Source: an uncultured Pseudomonadota bacterium (GTDB taxonomy: Bacteria; Myxococcota_A; UBA796; SXON01). From it: DNA of 64,000 nucleotides. Below, in pieces: positions 9,623 to 19,371 of this stretch. Location: assembly GCA_903900265.1 (NCBI GenBank), contig CAIUMM010000121.1, positions 35,269 to 99,268 on the forward strand, given 5' to 3'. Position numbers and translations under genes: made by a program. Each line of letters begins with the position of its first letter. Position 1 is the first letter of the stretch. Under the pieces are notes generated by a model. The model worked only from the letters and a program-made list of their open reading frames with translations. It searched no databases and had not been told where the DNA came from.

Positions 9623-12600
9623 GCGAGGCGCCTACCGGTCCCCACACGCACCGGGCCGCGATCCAGGCCGGCACACGCGCGGCGCGTTGGGAGATGGTGC
9701 GCCCCTTAGGTGAGGGCGGCGGCGGTTGGGTTTGGCTGGGCGTCGACCCTCAAACCGGCGATCAGGCGGCGCTCAAGTTCTTCCCTACGCTGCGCACCTC
9801 CCGCGAGGAGTTCCGCAAAGAAGCCGCGGCCGCGCTTCGGAATCGACACCCGAGCCTGCTGCGGCTGCTCGACGCAGGCTTGCTCCCCGACGACACCCCG
9901 TGGTTGGCGATGGAGTTCGTCGAGGGCGAAGACCTGCGGGCGCGGTTCACCCACACCCCACCCACGCCTCAAGAGGCGGCGCGCCTGCTGATCCAGGTGT
10001 TCGCGGCGCTCGACGCCCTGCACCGCGCCGGGCTCGCGCACGGGGACATCAAGCCCGAGAACGTCCTCGTCGACGGCGGACTGGTGCGGGTGGTGGACTT
10101 CGGCCGCGCGCAGCTGCACCATATGTACAGCCAAGGCGGCGTGTTCCCTGGAACGCCGCCGTACATGCACCCCGCGCTGTTCCACGGCGGCGCGCCGACC
10201 CCGCTCACCGACTGCTTCGCCGCGTGGGTGATGCTGCACGAGAGCGCATCGGGAACACGGCCGTTCACCCCCGCACAGTTAGCGAGCGCCGGCGCAACCC
10301 AACCCCCGCAGCGCCTTCCGCGGCGCGCGTTGACCGATCCGGTGCTCGACCGCTTGATCGAAGCCGGACTGAGCGGCCGGCTCCCCAACGCCCGCGCCGG
10401 ATGGCTCGCGCTGACCCGCTACCTGCGCAACCGCGAGGATGTGCCCCGGCCGTCGCCGCCGCCGATAGAGCCCGACCCGGACTTGCTCGAACGCGCCTTG
10501 GGCTACGCCACCCGCGGCACCAACGTCGCGCTGGTCGGTGATCACGCGGTCGGCAGCCGCATCCTGACCGCGCTGCACCGGAGCTGGGCGCTGGACGGAG
10601 GAACGGTGCTCTGGGCCCGCGCCGACTGGGGCAGCGCCGAGGAGCCGATGTCCGGCGCGCTCTCGCTCGCGAGTCACGCGGCCGACGGCATCCCCGACGA
10701 GGAGCTGAGCGGCGTCGCCGAAGCGATGGCGGGCCATGGGCGCGTGCTCGCCGAAGCGTCCCCGTCCACGCGCACATGGCTCTCGGCGGCCGCGCCCGCC
10801 CCGCTGCCATCCCAACCGCCCTCCGGCACGCTCAGCGAGGCGCTCCGCGCGTTCTGCGACGCCTGCCCCCGCCCGCTGCTGCTGATCGCCGAAGGCGTCG
10901 ACCGAATGGATGGGTCGAGCCGACGCTTTTTAGCCGGGCTCTCGCTCGCCGACGTCGTGGTCGTCGGCACCGCACGCGAGGGCGCGCCCCACGGGTTGAG
11001 CGAGGAGCTGGCGCTGCCCGAGGTCGCGCTGGAGCCCGTCGATCTCGATTGGCTGGACCGGACCGGCGCCGAGCTGCTCCGCCGCGCCGATGTGCTCGGG
11101 CTGCCCTACGGACCCCGGCTCGCGACCGCCGCTGGCCTGACCGTGGATGTGGTCGAAGACTGCGCGCTCGAAGCTGAGGCCGTCGGCGCCGCGCGATGGA
11201 CCGGCGTGGAGCTGCTCCCGCGGTCCCCCGGCCCCACCGATCCGGCCGAAGCGCAGCGCTTCGCGCGAGAGGCCGCGCGACGCCTCGACGCGCGCACCGA
11301 GCCGCTGATCGTGGCGCGGTATGCGCGTATAGCCGGCGACACCGATCGCCTCGCTACGGTGCTGGACGCCGCGGTGACCGAAGCGCTGCGCCGCGACCCG
11401 GTGGTCGCGCTGGATCTGCTGCGCGCCGCGCACGACTACGGCGCGCCGGCGCGCCTGTTGCAGACCTTCCATGTCGCCGTGCAGGCGCGCAACATGGAGG
11501 TCGCCGCGGATCTCGTCGCGCGCATGAAGCGCGAGCCCACGTTCTCCAAGGCTGACCGCGCCGAGGCGGAAGGAGAATTCGCCTTCCGAACCGGAAAGAT
11601 CACCGAGGCGCTCAGCGCATACCGGGAGGTGGTCTCCGCCTTAGGCCGGCCGATTCATAAAGGCGTACGCGGGTTCTTTCAGGACTTTGTCGCCATCTGG
11701 CGCCTGTGGCGCGACAAGCCGAAGCGCCCCAGCCCCAACCCGCGCCTCGCGCTCGCCTTCGAGCGCCTGTACGACATGCACTTCAACACCGACAACGCGC
11801 CGATGTTGCGCATCCACGCGCTGTGGCGCGAGGCCGACCCGCACGCCCCGCGCGTGCGCGCGATGGACGTGGTGTGGAACGTGGCGCTGGGCCGCAAAGA
11901 GCGAGCGATGCGCGTGCACAACGTGCTGTGGAGCGAGGTCGCCGAGCACAACGATCCCACCGGGGCCGCCGTCATCCTGCTCCACCGCGCCATCGCGCGG
12001 AGCTGGACCGGCGAGATCACCACGTCCTACATCGACGCGCTCGACGCCGCCGAGCGGCTGCTGCGCGTCGGCGATCCCTACCTCGCTTCGCTCGCGGTCG
12101 GCACGGTCGCCGTAGGCGCTTTCCACCTCGGCGATCCCGGCCCCCTGCGCCGCATCAACCGTCGGCTCGCGGAGCTGGTGCAGCACACCGGAGACATCCG
12201 CTGCGCCGGCTGGGTGATCGGTCACGACGCCGTGGTGCGCTTGCTCGAGGGCAACCACACGCTCGCGATCGAAGCGGCCCGCGCGTGGGTGGCCGACGCG
12301 GAGCCCCGACAGGACTGCACGGTGGTGCTGGCCCGGCGCGTGCTCGCCGAGATGCTGTTGGACCAGCGCGCATACGCCGAAGCGGGGCCCATCCTGCTGC
12401 GCGCATGGGCTGAGCGCGCGCACTTCCACATGCAGATGGACTACACCGACGCCCTCGCGATCGACTTGTTGATCGCCCATAGTCAGGCGAAGCTCGCCGG
12501 GGCTCCGGGCCTGCCGCGCGCGTGGCGCTTTCGGCAGGTGATGACCGTGCTGGGGCGAAAATCCCCTCGATGGCGGGCGCGCAGCAGCGTCGCTGCGGGC

Positions 12601-12825
12601 TGGCTGGCGCTCGCCGCCGGAAACCGGAAGAAAGCCGAGGCCGCCTTCGAAAACGCCCACACGCTGGCCCTGAACAGCGAGATGTACGCCGACGCGTGGT
12701 GGGCGCTGCACCACGCCGCGCTGGCCCTCGGCGGCGACGACCGCGTCGAACGCGCGCAGCTGTACGCCCGCGCCCACGGGCTTCGGCCGGAAGCGCCCGC
12801 ACCCACCTTCGGAGTACCGCAATGA
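9619..12825 (+). CDS. Ser/Thr protein kinase with large C-terminal helical/repeat region
   Basis: Hanks kinase motifs LGEGGGGWVWLG, AALKF, HGDIKPENVLV, VVDFG. The following ~750 aa are Ala/Leu/Arg-rich and helical, with a degenerate P-loop-like VALVGDHAVGSR. The TTG start overlaps the preceding stop (TTGA). Confidence 0.8.
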   Translation: MSEAPTGPHTHRAAIQAGTRAARWEMVRPLGEGGGGWVWLGVDPQTGDQAALKFFPTLRTSREEFRKEAAAALRNRHPSLLRLLDAGLLPDDTPWLAMEFVEGEDLRARFTHTPPTPQEAARLLIQVFAALDALHRAGLAHGDIKPENVLVDGGLVRVVDFGRAQLHHMYSQGGVFPGTPPYMHPALFHGGAPTPLTDCFAAWVMLHESASGTRPFTPAQLASAGATQPPQRLPRRALTDPVLDRLIEAGLSGRLPNARAGWLALTRYLRNREDVPRPSPPPIEPDPDLLERALGYATRGTNVALVGDHAVGSRILTALHRSWALDGGTVLWARADWGSAEEPMSGALSLASHAADGIPDEELSGVAEAMAGHGRVLAEASPSTRTWLSAAAPAPLPSQPPSGTLSEALRAFCDACPRPLLLIAEGVDRMDGSSRRFLAGLSLADVVVVGTAREGAPHGLSEELALPEVALEPVDLDWLDRTGAELLRRADVLGLPYGPRLATAAGLTVDVVEDCALEAEAVGAARWTGVELLPRSPGPTDPAEAQRFAREAARRLDARTEPLIVARYARIAGDTDRLATVLDAAVTEALRRDPVVALDLLRAAHDYGAPARLLQTFHVAVQARNMEVAADLVARMKREPTFSKADRAEAEGEFAFRTGKITEALSAYREVVSALGRPIHKGVRGFFQDFVAIWRLWRDKPKRPSPNPRLALAFERLYDMHFNTDNAPMLRIHALWREADPHAPRVRAMDVVWNVALGRKERAMRVHNVLWSEVAEHNDPTGAAVILLHRAIARSWTGEITTSYIDALDAAERLLRVGDPYLASLAVGTVAVGAFHLGDPGPLRRINRRLAELVQHTGDIRCAGWVIGHDAVVRLLEGNHTLAIEAARAWVADAEPRQDCTVVLARRVLAEMLLDQRAYAEAGPILLRAWAERAHFHMQMDYTDALAIDLLIAHSQAKLAGAPGLPRAWRFRQVMTVLGRKSPRWRARSSVAAGWLALAAGNRKKAEAAFENAHTLALNSEMYADAWWALHHAALALGGDDRVERAQLYARAHGLRPEAPAPTFGVPQ

Positions 12826-13541
12826 CGATGCTCGCCGCGGCAGAACAAGCCGCCCTTCAGCTCCTTGGCAACACCGCCAACGATCCCACCCCCCGCTCCA
12901 AGCGCATCGCCAGCATCTACGCCGGCTGTCACTTGGACGAGCCGCTCTTAGGATCGTGGTTCGGCCTCGCCTCCTACGTCGCGCGGCACGTGCACTACGC
13001 GCTCGCCAGCCCGACAGGCCCGTGGCGCACGATGATGGGAGACGGCAACTACGAGATTTACATGGGCATCGTGCCGTCCTGGCTGCTGTACCGGGCCGGG
13101 CGGCCGGTCGCCGGCCCGCTGTCCACGGCGTTCAACCAGACCCAGCGCGCCGACGCGGCGATGCGCCGCCGGCCGATGGACCCCAACGCCAGCGCGCTCG
13201 CAGAAGAAGCGCTGCTGACGATGTGCGACGTCGAGCAGCGGGTCATCCTCCAACCGACGTACGACGTTCTGAATCCGATCTTGCGGCCCCCCTTGGACGT
13301 GCTGTTCAGCTTTCGCCTCGGGCTCGCGCCAAGCTCCCCGGTCCTCGCGTGGGACACCGCCTACGGACATCCTTGGAACGCTGCGGATCGGTGCCGCTGG
13401 ATGAACGCCGTCGTGCTCCCGGCGTGGCAGGTGGCCCAAGCCCAGCAAGGCCACGTTGTTCGCGCCGAGGTGGACCGCACCCGTCGCTGGGGCGAGTTCA
13501 CCCTCGACGCGCTGAACGCCGCGGTAGACGGACTGCGGTAG
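12822..13541 (+). CDS. hypothetical protein (239 aa)
   Basis: ATG overlaps the kinase stop (ATGA at 12822-12825). Composition looks like real protein (W/Y/M/N present), unlike the off-frame ORFs. No motif recognised. Confidence 0.55.
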   Translation: MTMLAAAEQAALQLLGNTANDPTPRSKRIASIYAGCHLDEPLLGSWFGLASYVARHVHYALASPTGPWRTMMGDGNYEIYMGIVPSWLLYRAGRPVAGPLSTAFNQTQRADAAMRRRPMDPNASALAEEALLTMCDVEQRVILQPTYDVLNPILRPPLDVLFSFRLGLAPSSPVLAWDTAYGHPWNAADRCRWMNAVVLPAWQVAQAQQGHVVRAEVDRTRRWGEFTLDALNAAVDGLR

Positions 13542-13571
13542 GCCCGCTCCGACCGAGCGGCCGCCGAAACG

Positions 13572-14600
13572 CTACGGCAAAACCTCGGTGAGCGTCAGGC
13601 CATCGATGCGCTCGGCGGTGATGTTCTCGGCGACGATGTACAAGCAGTACGGCTCGCCGTCAGCGCACTCGGTGCAATTGACCCCGAGAGAGGCCGCGAG
13701 ATCACAGACCGCGCTGAGGTCGTCCGCGGGCTTGCCGACCAGCGTCGCCATGTAGCGGCTGTCCCCGATCCCCGTCACGTAGCCTTCTTCGATCGCCGAA
13801 CCATCGGCCGCGAACGTGCCGGACAGGTTGAACTGCTCGATGGGGATGGCGGTGGTGCCGTACATGATGGTGATCAGCGGGCTCTGCGCGTGGAAGAACG
13901 GCTGGGTGGTGAAGTCCGCGACCGGAAAATCCCAGCTTGGGAGCGTTGTATCCTGCGCGTAGCTGTCAGTGGTCTCGTAGCCGAGGCCGCCCAGCATGTC
14001 GATCGAGGTGCTGTCGGCGCTGTCCACGCCGATGAGGATCGGCACGGTCAGGTAGGTCCCGGCGATGAGGTCCAAGAACGCAGGCTCGGTGATGTCCGCG
14101 TCCGACAAGCGGAACTCGTAGGTCGCACCGATGAGATCGGCGGGGTCCATATCCAGCGGGCTGCCCAGAGCGTTGGTGGTGAAGCTCGACGACGCCTCGC
14201 TACCGCACACCGAGGTGGTCAGCGTGTACGCGGTGACGGGCGCCAAGTCGGCGGTCAACACCGCCTGCACGTTGCCTTCGGTGAACGTCGCGGTGACCGG
14301 CACGTCTACGCCGGAGGCGTCCAGCAGCGAGAACTCCGCCGATCCGCCGTCGCCGTCGAAGCTGACGGTGATGGTGTCGTGGTAGTAGACGTCTGCCGCG
14401 CCGTCGGCGGGCTCCACGCTCATGACCTGCGTGGTGCACGGGCCGACGTTGGAGTCGCCCGTCTCCGAGTCGTGCCCGATCGAACTATCGTCGTTCGTTG
14501 AAGCCTTGTCGGTTCCACAGGCCGTCAGGATCATCAGGAACGAGGTCAGGAAAGGTGCGCTGCGGGTCATGAGTCTCCTTGGGGTCGGCGTATCCATCAT
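13572..14600 (-). CDS. hypothetical lipoprotein
   Basis: MMDTPTPRRLMTRSAPFLTSFLMILTACGTD signal/lipobox, with a Ser/Thr/Asp-rich mature protein. The start could be 14600 or 14570. Confidence 0.65.
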   Translation of the reverse strand: MMDTPTPRRLMTRSAPFLTSFLMILTACGTDKASTNDDSSIGHDSETGDSNVGPCTTQVMSVEPADGAADVYYHDTITVSFDGDGGSAEFSLLDASGVDVPVTATFTEGNVQAVLTADLAPVTAYTLTTSVCGSEASSSFTTNALGSPLDMDPADLIGATYEFRLSDADITEPAFLDLIAGTYLTVPILIGVDSADSTSIDMLGGLGYETTDSYAQDTTLPSWDFPVADFTTQPFFHAQSPLITIMYGTTAIPIEQFNLSGTFAADGSAIEEGYVTGIGDSRYMATLVGKPADDLSAVCDLAASLGVNCTECADGEPYCLYIVAENITAERIDGLTLTEVLP

Positions 14601-14605
14601 GCCGT

Positions 14606-15652
14606 TCACTCGGCTGGAACGCCAACGATTTTCAGGGTGTACCAGTTGAAGGCCGAGCCGGAATCGAACTCGTCTTCCACGAGCACGGTCCATTCGGTGG
14701 CGGCGGTGACCTTCTGCTCGTAGTCCGGGTCGAGATCGTAGTCGATGACGCCGTGGTAAGACGCGAACTTTCGGGCGCCGGTCGCCGCGTCGTAGACGGT
14801 GATCTGGATGTTGGCGGGCGAGCCGGATCCGTACGCTTCGACGTTGAAGTGTACGCTCTGCAAGCCATCGGGGACGACCACCCGGTACCAGTCGCGATCG
14901 GCGGTGCGGTCCATCTTGCCGAACACGACCTCGCCCAGCTCAAAAGCGTTGGCCTCCGCCGAGCTGTCGTTGTCTTCGGTCTCCTGGAAGTCCCAGACCA
15001 CCGGAGGCTTGACCAACGACGCCATGAACGCCCAGTCGTAGCCCTCGCCGGTCAGGTAGCCGGTCTCGGCGACGACGACGGTGTAGTTGCCAAGCTGATC
15101 CGCGGGGACCACCATGCTGGGATCGCTGGACGCGGCGCCCGAGCTGACACCGTCGTAGACGAACACGGCGTGGCCGTTGTCGTCGCTCAACAAGATCTGC
15201 GCGTCCGCCAACGAGCCCCGGGAGGATGCCTCCACCGCGACCGACAACCAGCCGGTTTGTAGCGGGGAAAAGTTCAGGAACTCAGTGTCTCCCAACGCGC
15301 CGTCCCCCGCGAACCCGCCGCACCACCACTCTTCCATGGTGATCGGCTCGGAGAGGTCGAGCGAGTTGTTGGACTCGACCTCCATGTGATCGCAGCGCGG
15401 CGGCAAAGGCGGGCTGGTGTCTCCGCTATCGGCGCTGTCTGCGCTGTCCCCGCTGTCGGGGGGCGGCGAGGTGTCCACGCGGGTGTCGGCGTCATCGCTG
15501 CTGGGAAGCTGCGGCCTGCAGCTCTGGCAGCCGGACAGCAGCAGCAGCGCGGCGACCGTCGGAGCGCTGCGAAGAGCGCTGCGAAGAGCGCTGCGAAGCG
15601 CGCGGCGCAGCAGGCGCGGTACATGCAGCGGAAGCGGTGAGAGCGGTGACAT
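14606..15652 (-). CDS. secreted lipoprotein with pre-peptidase C-terminal (PPC)-like domains
   Basis: Signal peptide ...APTVAALLLLSGCQSC. Two segments resemble PPC/collagenase-type beta-sandwich signatures (DTEFLNFSP..GWLSVAVE; DRDWYRVVVPDGLQSVHFNVEA). Confidence 0.6.
   Translation of the reverse strand: MSPLSPLPLHVPRLLRRALRSALRSALRSAPTVAALLLLSGCQSCRPQLPSSDDADTRVDTSPPPDSGDSADSADSGDTSPPLPPRCDHMEVESNNSLDLSEPITMEEWWCGGFAGDGALGDTEFLNFSPLQTGWLSVAVEASSRGSLADAQILLSDDNGHAVFVYDGVSSGAASSDPSMVVPADQLGNYTVVVAETGYLTGEGYDWAFMASLVKPPVVWDFQETEDNDSSAEANAFELGEVVFGKMDRTADRDWYRVVVPDGLQSVHFNVEAYGSGSPANIQITVYDAATGARKFASYHGVIDYDLDPDYEQKVTAATEWTVLVEDEFDSGSAFNWYTLKIVGVPAE
15563..15598. repeat. perfect 12-bp tandem repeat x3 (agcgctgcgaag)
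   Basis: Read directly from the sequence. It encodes RSAL-RSAL-RSAL in the n-region of the signal peptide of the 14606..15652 gene. Confidence 0.9.
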
Positions 15653-15719
15653 CAATGCGAGCAGGATAGCCGGTTCCTTTGTAACTGTGACCGGGTATGG
15701 TGGTCACGCGGAGATTTCC

Positions 15720-17183
15720 ATGCGGAACCTAAATCGGATCGTAGGCTGCGCTGCGATGGTGGGCCTGACGCTCACTGGCTGCACGAACGGGCAAGACACC
15801 CAGTTGAATCAGGTGTTCCCCTCCGCCGCGGTCACGCCCGAGGTGCTCGCGTTCGGCGATCAACCTGTCGATTACTCCACGCAATCGTTTGTGACCGTGA
15901 TCAACAGCGGGCAGGTGGATCTGAACATCGGAGATCTGGAGATCGATGATCCCTTCAGCGTCATCGGCGAGTTTGAACCTGTGGTGCCGCCCGACGGCGA
16001 GGTCAACATCGCGCTCGCGTTCTCCCCGACCAACTTTGAGAGCTACGCCGGCGCGCTCTCCATCCCGACGGATGATCCCGAGCACCCCAGCCTGACCGTC
16101 GTGCTCACCGGGAATGGCGTGCACGCGCCGACCCCGGACATCGAAGTCGACCCGTTGGCGCTGGACTTTGGCGTAGCCCCGGCAGGCGTGCCGATGACCC
16201 GGTACTTCACCATCGCCAACCCCGGCGATGCGACGCTGAACGTGTCTTCGCTCGACCAGAGCGGCAGCGGCGCGTTCACGGTGGTCGGGGACGTGACAGG
16301 CTTCCAGCTTCCCCCTGGACAATCGACGCTCATCGTCGTGAACTACCTGCCGGTGTCCTCCAACGGGGACAACGGCGCGCTGGTGATCCACTCCGACGAT
16401 CCCGACGAGGCCGATGTGACGGTCACGCTCATCGGAAACGGCGGTGGAGACTTCGAATATCCGCAGCCGGTGGTGGTCTGCCCGGAGGACGTCGCGCCGC
16501 GCGACACGGTGGTGCTGGACGGCACCGGCTCCTATGACCCCGGCGGCCACGAGCCGCTGACCTACGCGTGGACCTTGCTCGAAGTACCGGACCGCTCGCA
16601 GGCGCTGCTGACCAACACCACCAACGACACCGCGTACCTCGCGACCGATATTGCCGGCGACTACTCGGTACAGTTGGCGGTCACCAACACCATCGGTGTC
16701 TCGTCCGCGCCGACGACGTGCACGTTCACCGCCATCCCCGAAGAGAACCTGCACGTCGAGCTGACCTGGAGCACCGCCGCCGCCGATCTCGACATGCACC
16801 TGCTCAACGGCGGCGCGCAGTTCTTTGTCAGCCCCGGCGACTGCAACTGGTGCAACCAGAGCCCGAACTGGGGTGCGAGCGGCAGCACCGACAACCCGAG
16901 CCTCGACCTCGATGATCGCCAAGGCTACGGCCCCGAGAACATCAACATCGACGCCCCGGCGAACGACACCTACTCCATCAAGGTGCACTACTTCACCGAC
17001 AACGGCGACACGACGACCACCGCGACGGTCAAGGTCTACCTGTACGGCGCGCTCGCGGGCGAGGCCAGCGCGGCGATGACCCGCGACACCGTCTGGGACG
17101 CCGGCCAGATCAAGTGGCCCGACGCGGTGTACGTCACCCAGTCCACCCCGAACTACACGTCTCCTTCCCGGCTCTGCGAGTAG
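15720..17183 (+). CDS. lipoprotein with tandem Ig-like (choice-of-anchor-D/ASH-like) domains, a PKD-like domain and a YfaP/DUF2135-like C-terminal domain
   Basis: MRNLNRIVGCAAMVGLTLTGC lipobox. Repeated L.FG......S....V.N.G...L.I motifs. PKD-like VLDGTGSYDPGGHEPLTYAWTL. C-terminal LDLDDRQGYGPENINI. The track ORF start (15417) is over-extended. Confidence 0.65.
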   Translation: MRNLNRIVGCAAMVGLTLTGCTNGQDTQLNQVFPSAAVTPEVLAFGDQPVDYSTQSFVTVINSGQVDLNIGDLEIDDPFSVIGEFEPVVPPDGEVNIALAFSPTNFESYAGALSIPTDDPEHPSLTVVLTGNGVHAPTPDIEVDPLALDFGVAPAGVPMTRYFTIANPGDATLNVSSLDQSGSGAFTVVGDVTGFQLPPGQSTLIVVNYLPVSSNGDNGALVIHSDDPDEADVTVTLIGNGGGDFEYPQPVVVCPEDVAPRDTVVLDGTGSYDPGGHEPLTYAWTLLEVPDRSQALLTNTTNDTAYLATDIAGDYSVQLAVTNTIGVSSAPTTCTFTAIPEENLHVELTWSTAAADLDMHLLNGGAQFFVSPGDCNWCNQSPNWGASGSTDNPSLDLDDRQGYGPENINIDAPANDTYSIKVHYFTDNGDTTTTATVKVYLYGALAGEASAAMTRDTVWDAGQIKWPDAVYVTQSTPNYTSPSRLCE

Positions 17184-17812
17184 CACAGCAACGCGAGGAG
17201 CAGCGCTCCCAAGCCCGGTCGCAGCGTGTCCAGCAGGATCACCGCGACGGTCACGATCGCCAACGGGCCCGAGCGCCACGCGCGGGCCCCAGCCGGCGCC
17301 GCGAGCACGCAGCCTACGGCGATGCCGAAGGCCAATGACGTCGCCACGGGGGTGACCACCCCGCCCAGCACGTCCGGCACCGCCTCGCCGAGATGAAACC
17401 AGCCGCCGGACCCGCGCACCCACGCGCTGGGCGCGCCCTGCGCAGGCACCGTCAACACCAGCGCGCCGACCACCGCACCCGCGATCGCCGTGGCCCCCCG
17501 CAGCGGGGTCGCCGACTGACCGAAGGTCGCCAGCGCGAGCCGCGCCTTGTGCATCCGCGACCACGCCAACGCCGTCCCCAACAGCGTGAGCGCCGGCGCG
17601 AGCCGCGCCCAGAGCACCACCGCCTCGCGCCACTCCACAGCATGGATCGAGCCCGCCGACATCGCCGCGCGCTCGATCGAGGTCACAAACGCCAACAGGC
17701 CCAGCGCGGTCCCGTGCACCAGCAGGTTGCCGCGCAGCAGCGGAGGCCCGAGCACCCGCGCCCGGAGCGTCGCCGTCGCGATCCAACGCGCGTGGCTCAC
17801 CGGTCCCGCCAT
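17153..17812 (-). CDS. polytopic membrane protein, short LptF/LptG-like permease
   Basis: Multiple hydrophobic spans. It lies directly downstream of, and overlaps by 16 bp, the LptF/G-like gene. The family assignment is weak. Confidence 0.4.
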   Translation of the reverse strand: MAGPVSHARWIATATLRARVLGPPLLRGNLLVHGTALGLLAFVTSIERAAMSAGSIHAVEWREAVVLWARLAPALTLLGTALAWSRMHKARLALATFGQSATPLRGATAIAGAVVGALVLTVPAQGAPSAWVRGSGGWFHLGEAVPDVLGGVVTPVATSLAFGIAVGCVLAAPAGARAWRSGPLAIVTVAVILLDTLRPGLGALLLALLCYSQSREGDV

Positions 17813-18789
17813 GTCGCCCAGCCTATCGCCACCGCGACTACGGTCGGCACAAACAGCGTCGCCAGCGCCCAACCGGCCCCCTGCGACTGGGCCACCGCGT
17901 CCGAGACCCGCAGCAACGCCCAGAACACCGTCCCAAGTGCGCCCGCCCCGATCCCCGGACCGACTCGCGCCCCCAACGGCAAGCCCAGCGCCGCGACGAT
18001 CAGCAAGATGCAGGGGATCGCCGTTCGTTTCCACCAGATCCACCGCTCATAGGGGTTCAGGCGCCCGGCCTGAACCCGCTCCCACAGGTCGAAGCTGCTG
18101 CGCTCGGCGATGTCGACGCGGCCCGCAGACGCCGCCCCGCCCACGTTCAGGGTCGTCGAGAGCCCGTCGTAGGTCAACGCCCACGCGCCGCTCGCCGCGT
18201 GCGCCTCGCCGGCGCCCAACGTGACCGCCAAACCCGACCGCGACGGCTCCAGCTGCACCGAATCGGCCGCGCCCACGGCCATGTCCTCCCCCAGCGCGCC
18301 GGCAAAGCGGACGACCCCGCCATCGTCCGTCAGCGCCCATGGCCCGACCACGGTGGCGCGGCCCTCGTAGAGCCGCAAGCCCACCGCCGCTTCTACCCGA
18401 GCCGTACGCAGCTGCGCGCGGGCCAGCGGCTCCAGCACATGCCCGGAGAGCAGCGCCGACCCGCCCAGCGCGCACGCCCACAGCGCGGCGCTCCCCAACA
18501 GCGCACGCCCGCGCACGCCGACGCTGCGCAGCCCCAGCCACGCGCCGCTCTCGCGCAGCGACGCCACCGCGGCGATCGGCCCAGCGACCATCGCGACCAG
18601 CAAGGCCACCGTCAGCGCGCTCCCAAGCACGCCGACCGCGATCAAGCCCGCGCACCGCCAGCTCGGGATGGTCAGCAGCGCGAGCACCTGAGCCAACGCT
18701 GCTGCAGCGAGGATCCCCCACACCCACAGGCCCGCCCGCCCCGCGGTTCGCGCCATCGCGCGGAGACAAAGCCGATTGATCGCGGTCAC
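17797..18789 (-). CDS. LptF/LptG (YjgP/YjgQ) family permease
   Basis: N-terminal TM helices, a central soluble beta-rich segment (RLYEGRATVVGPWALTDDGGVVRFAG...) and C-terminal TM helices match LptF/G architecture. The GTG start at 18789 (VTAINRLCLRA..) is inferred; ATG 18756 is the alternative. Confidence 0.55.
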   Translation of the reverse strand: MTAINRLCLRAMARTAGRAGLWVWGILAAAALAQVLALLTIPSWRCAGLIAVGVLGSALTVALLVAMVAGPIAAVASLRESGAWLGLRSVGVRGRALLGSAALWACALGGSALLSGHVLEPLARAQLRTARVEAAVGLRLYEGRATVVGPWALTDDGGVVRFAGALGEDMAVGAADSVQLEPSRSGLAVTLGAGEAHAASGAWALTYDGLSTTLNVGGAASAGRVDIAERSSFDLWERVQAGRLNPYERWIWWKRTAIPCILLIVAALGLPLGARVGPGIGAGALGTVFWALLRVSDAVAQSQGAGWALATLFVPTVVAVAIGWATWRDR

Positions 18790-18864
18790 GGGTGGAAAAG
18801 CCCACACAAACGGGTTAGCTGGAGCAGTCTGTTTACAATCCGTCTCGGGCGGAACGAGGTTTTC

Positions 18865-19371
18865 ATGGAATTCAATGTCGGCGACAAAGCCGTATACCCT
18901 GCCCACGGCGTCGGAATCATCCGGGATGTCATCTCGGTTGAGGTAGACGGCCTGAAGGGGACCTTCTACGTCCTAAAAATCCTCGACAACGGCATCACCA
19001 TCAAGGTGCCGGTCAACAACGCCCGTACCATCGGCATGCGCCCGGTGATCCACCCCGACCACATCGACAAGGTGCGGGAGATCCTTCAGGACCGCAACGT
19101 CCCGACCGATAACCAGACGTGGAACCGTCGGTATCGCGAGTACATGAGCAAGATCAAGACCGGCGATCCGATCGAGGTCGCTAAGGTGCTGCGGGATCTG
19201 GCGCTGCTCAAGTCCGAGAAGGCGCTGTCCTTCGGCGAGCGCAAGATGTTCGATCAAGCGCGCCGTCTGCTCGTCCAGGAGATCGCCGTCGCGCGCGACG
19301 TCGATGAGAAGGGCGTGGGCGAAGAGATCGACGGACTGTTCAACGCCATGGCCACCAAGCCGGCCGTCTGA
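18865..19371 (+). CDS. cdnL: CarD/CdnL family RNA-polymerase-binding transcription factor
   Basis: MEFNVGDKAVYPAHGVGIIRDVISVEVDGLKGTFYVLKI..NGITIKVPVNNA....MRPV; NQTWNRRYREYMSKIKTGDPIEVAKVLRDL. The 168 aa standalone form matches CdnL. Confidence 0.9.
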   Translation: MEFNVGDKAVYPAHGVGIIRDVISVEVDGLKGTFYVLKILDNGITIKVPVNNARTIGMRPVIHPDHIDKVREILQDRNVPTDNQTWNRRYREYMSKIKTGDPIEVAKVLRDLALLKSEKALSFGERKMFDQARRLLVQEIAVARDVDEKGVGEEIDGLFNAMATKPAV

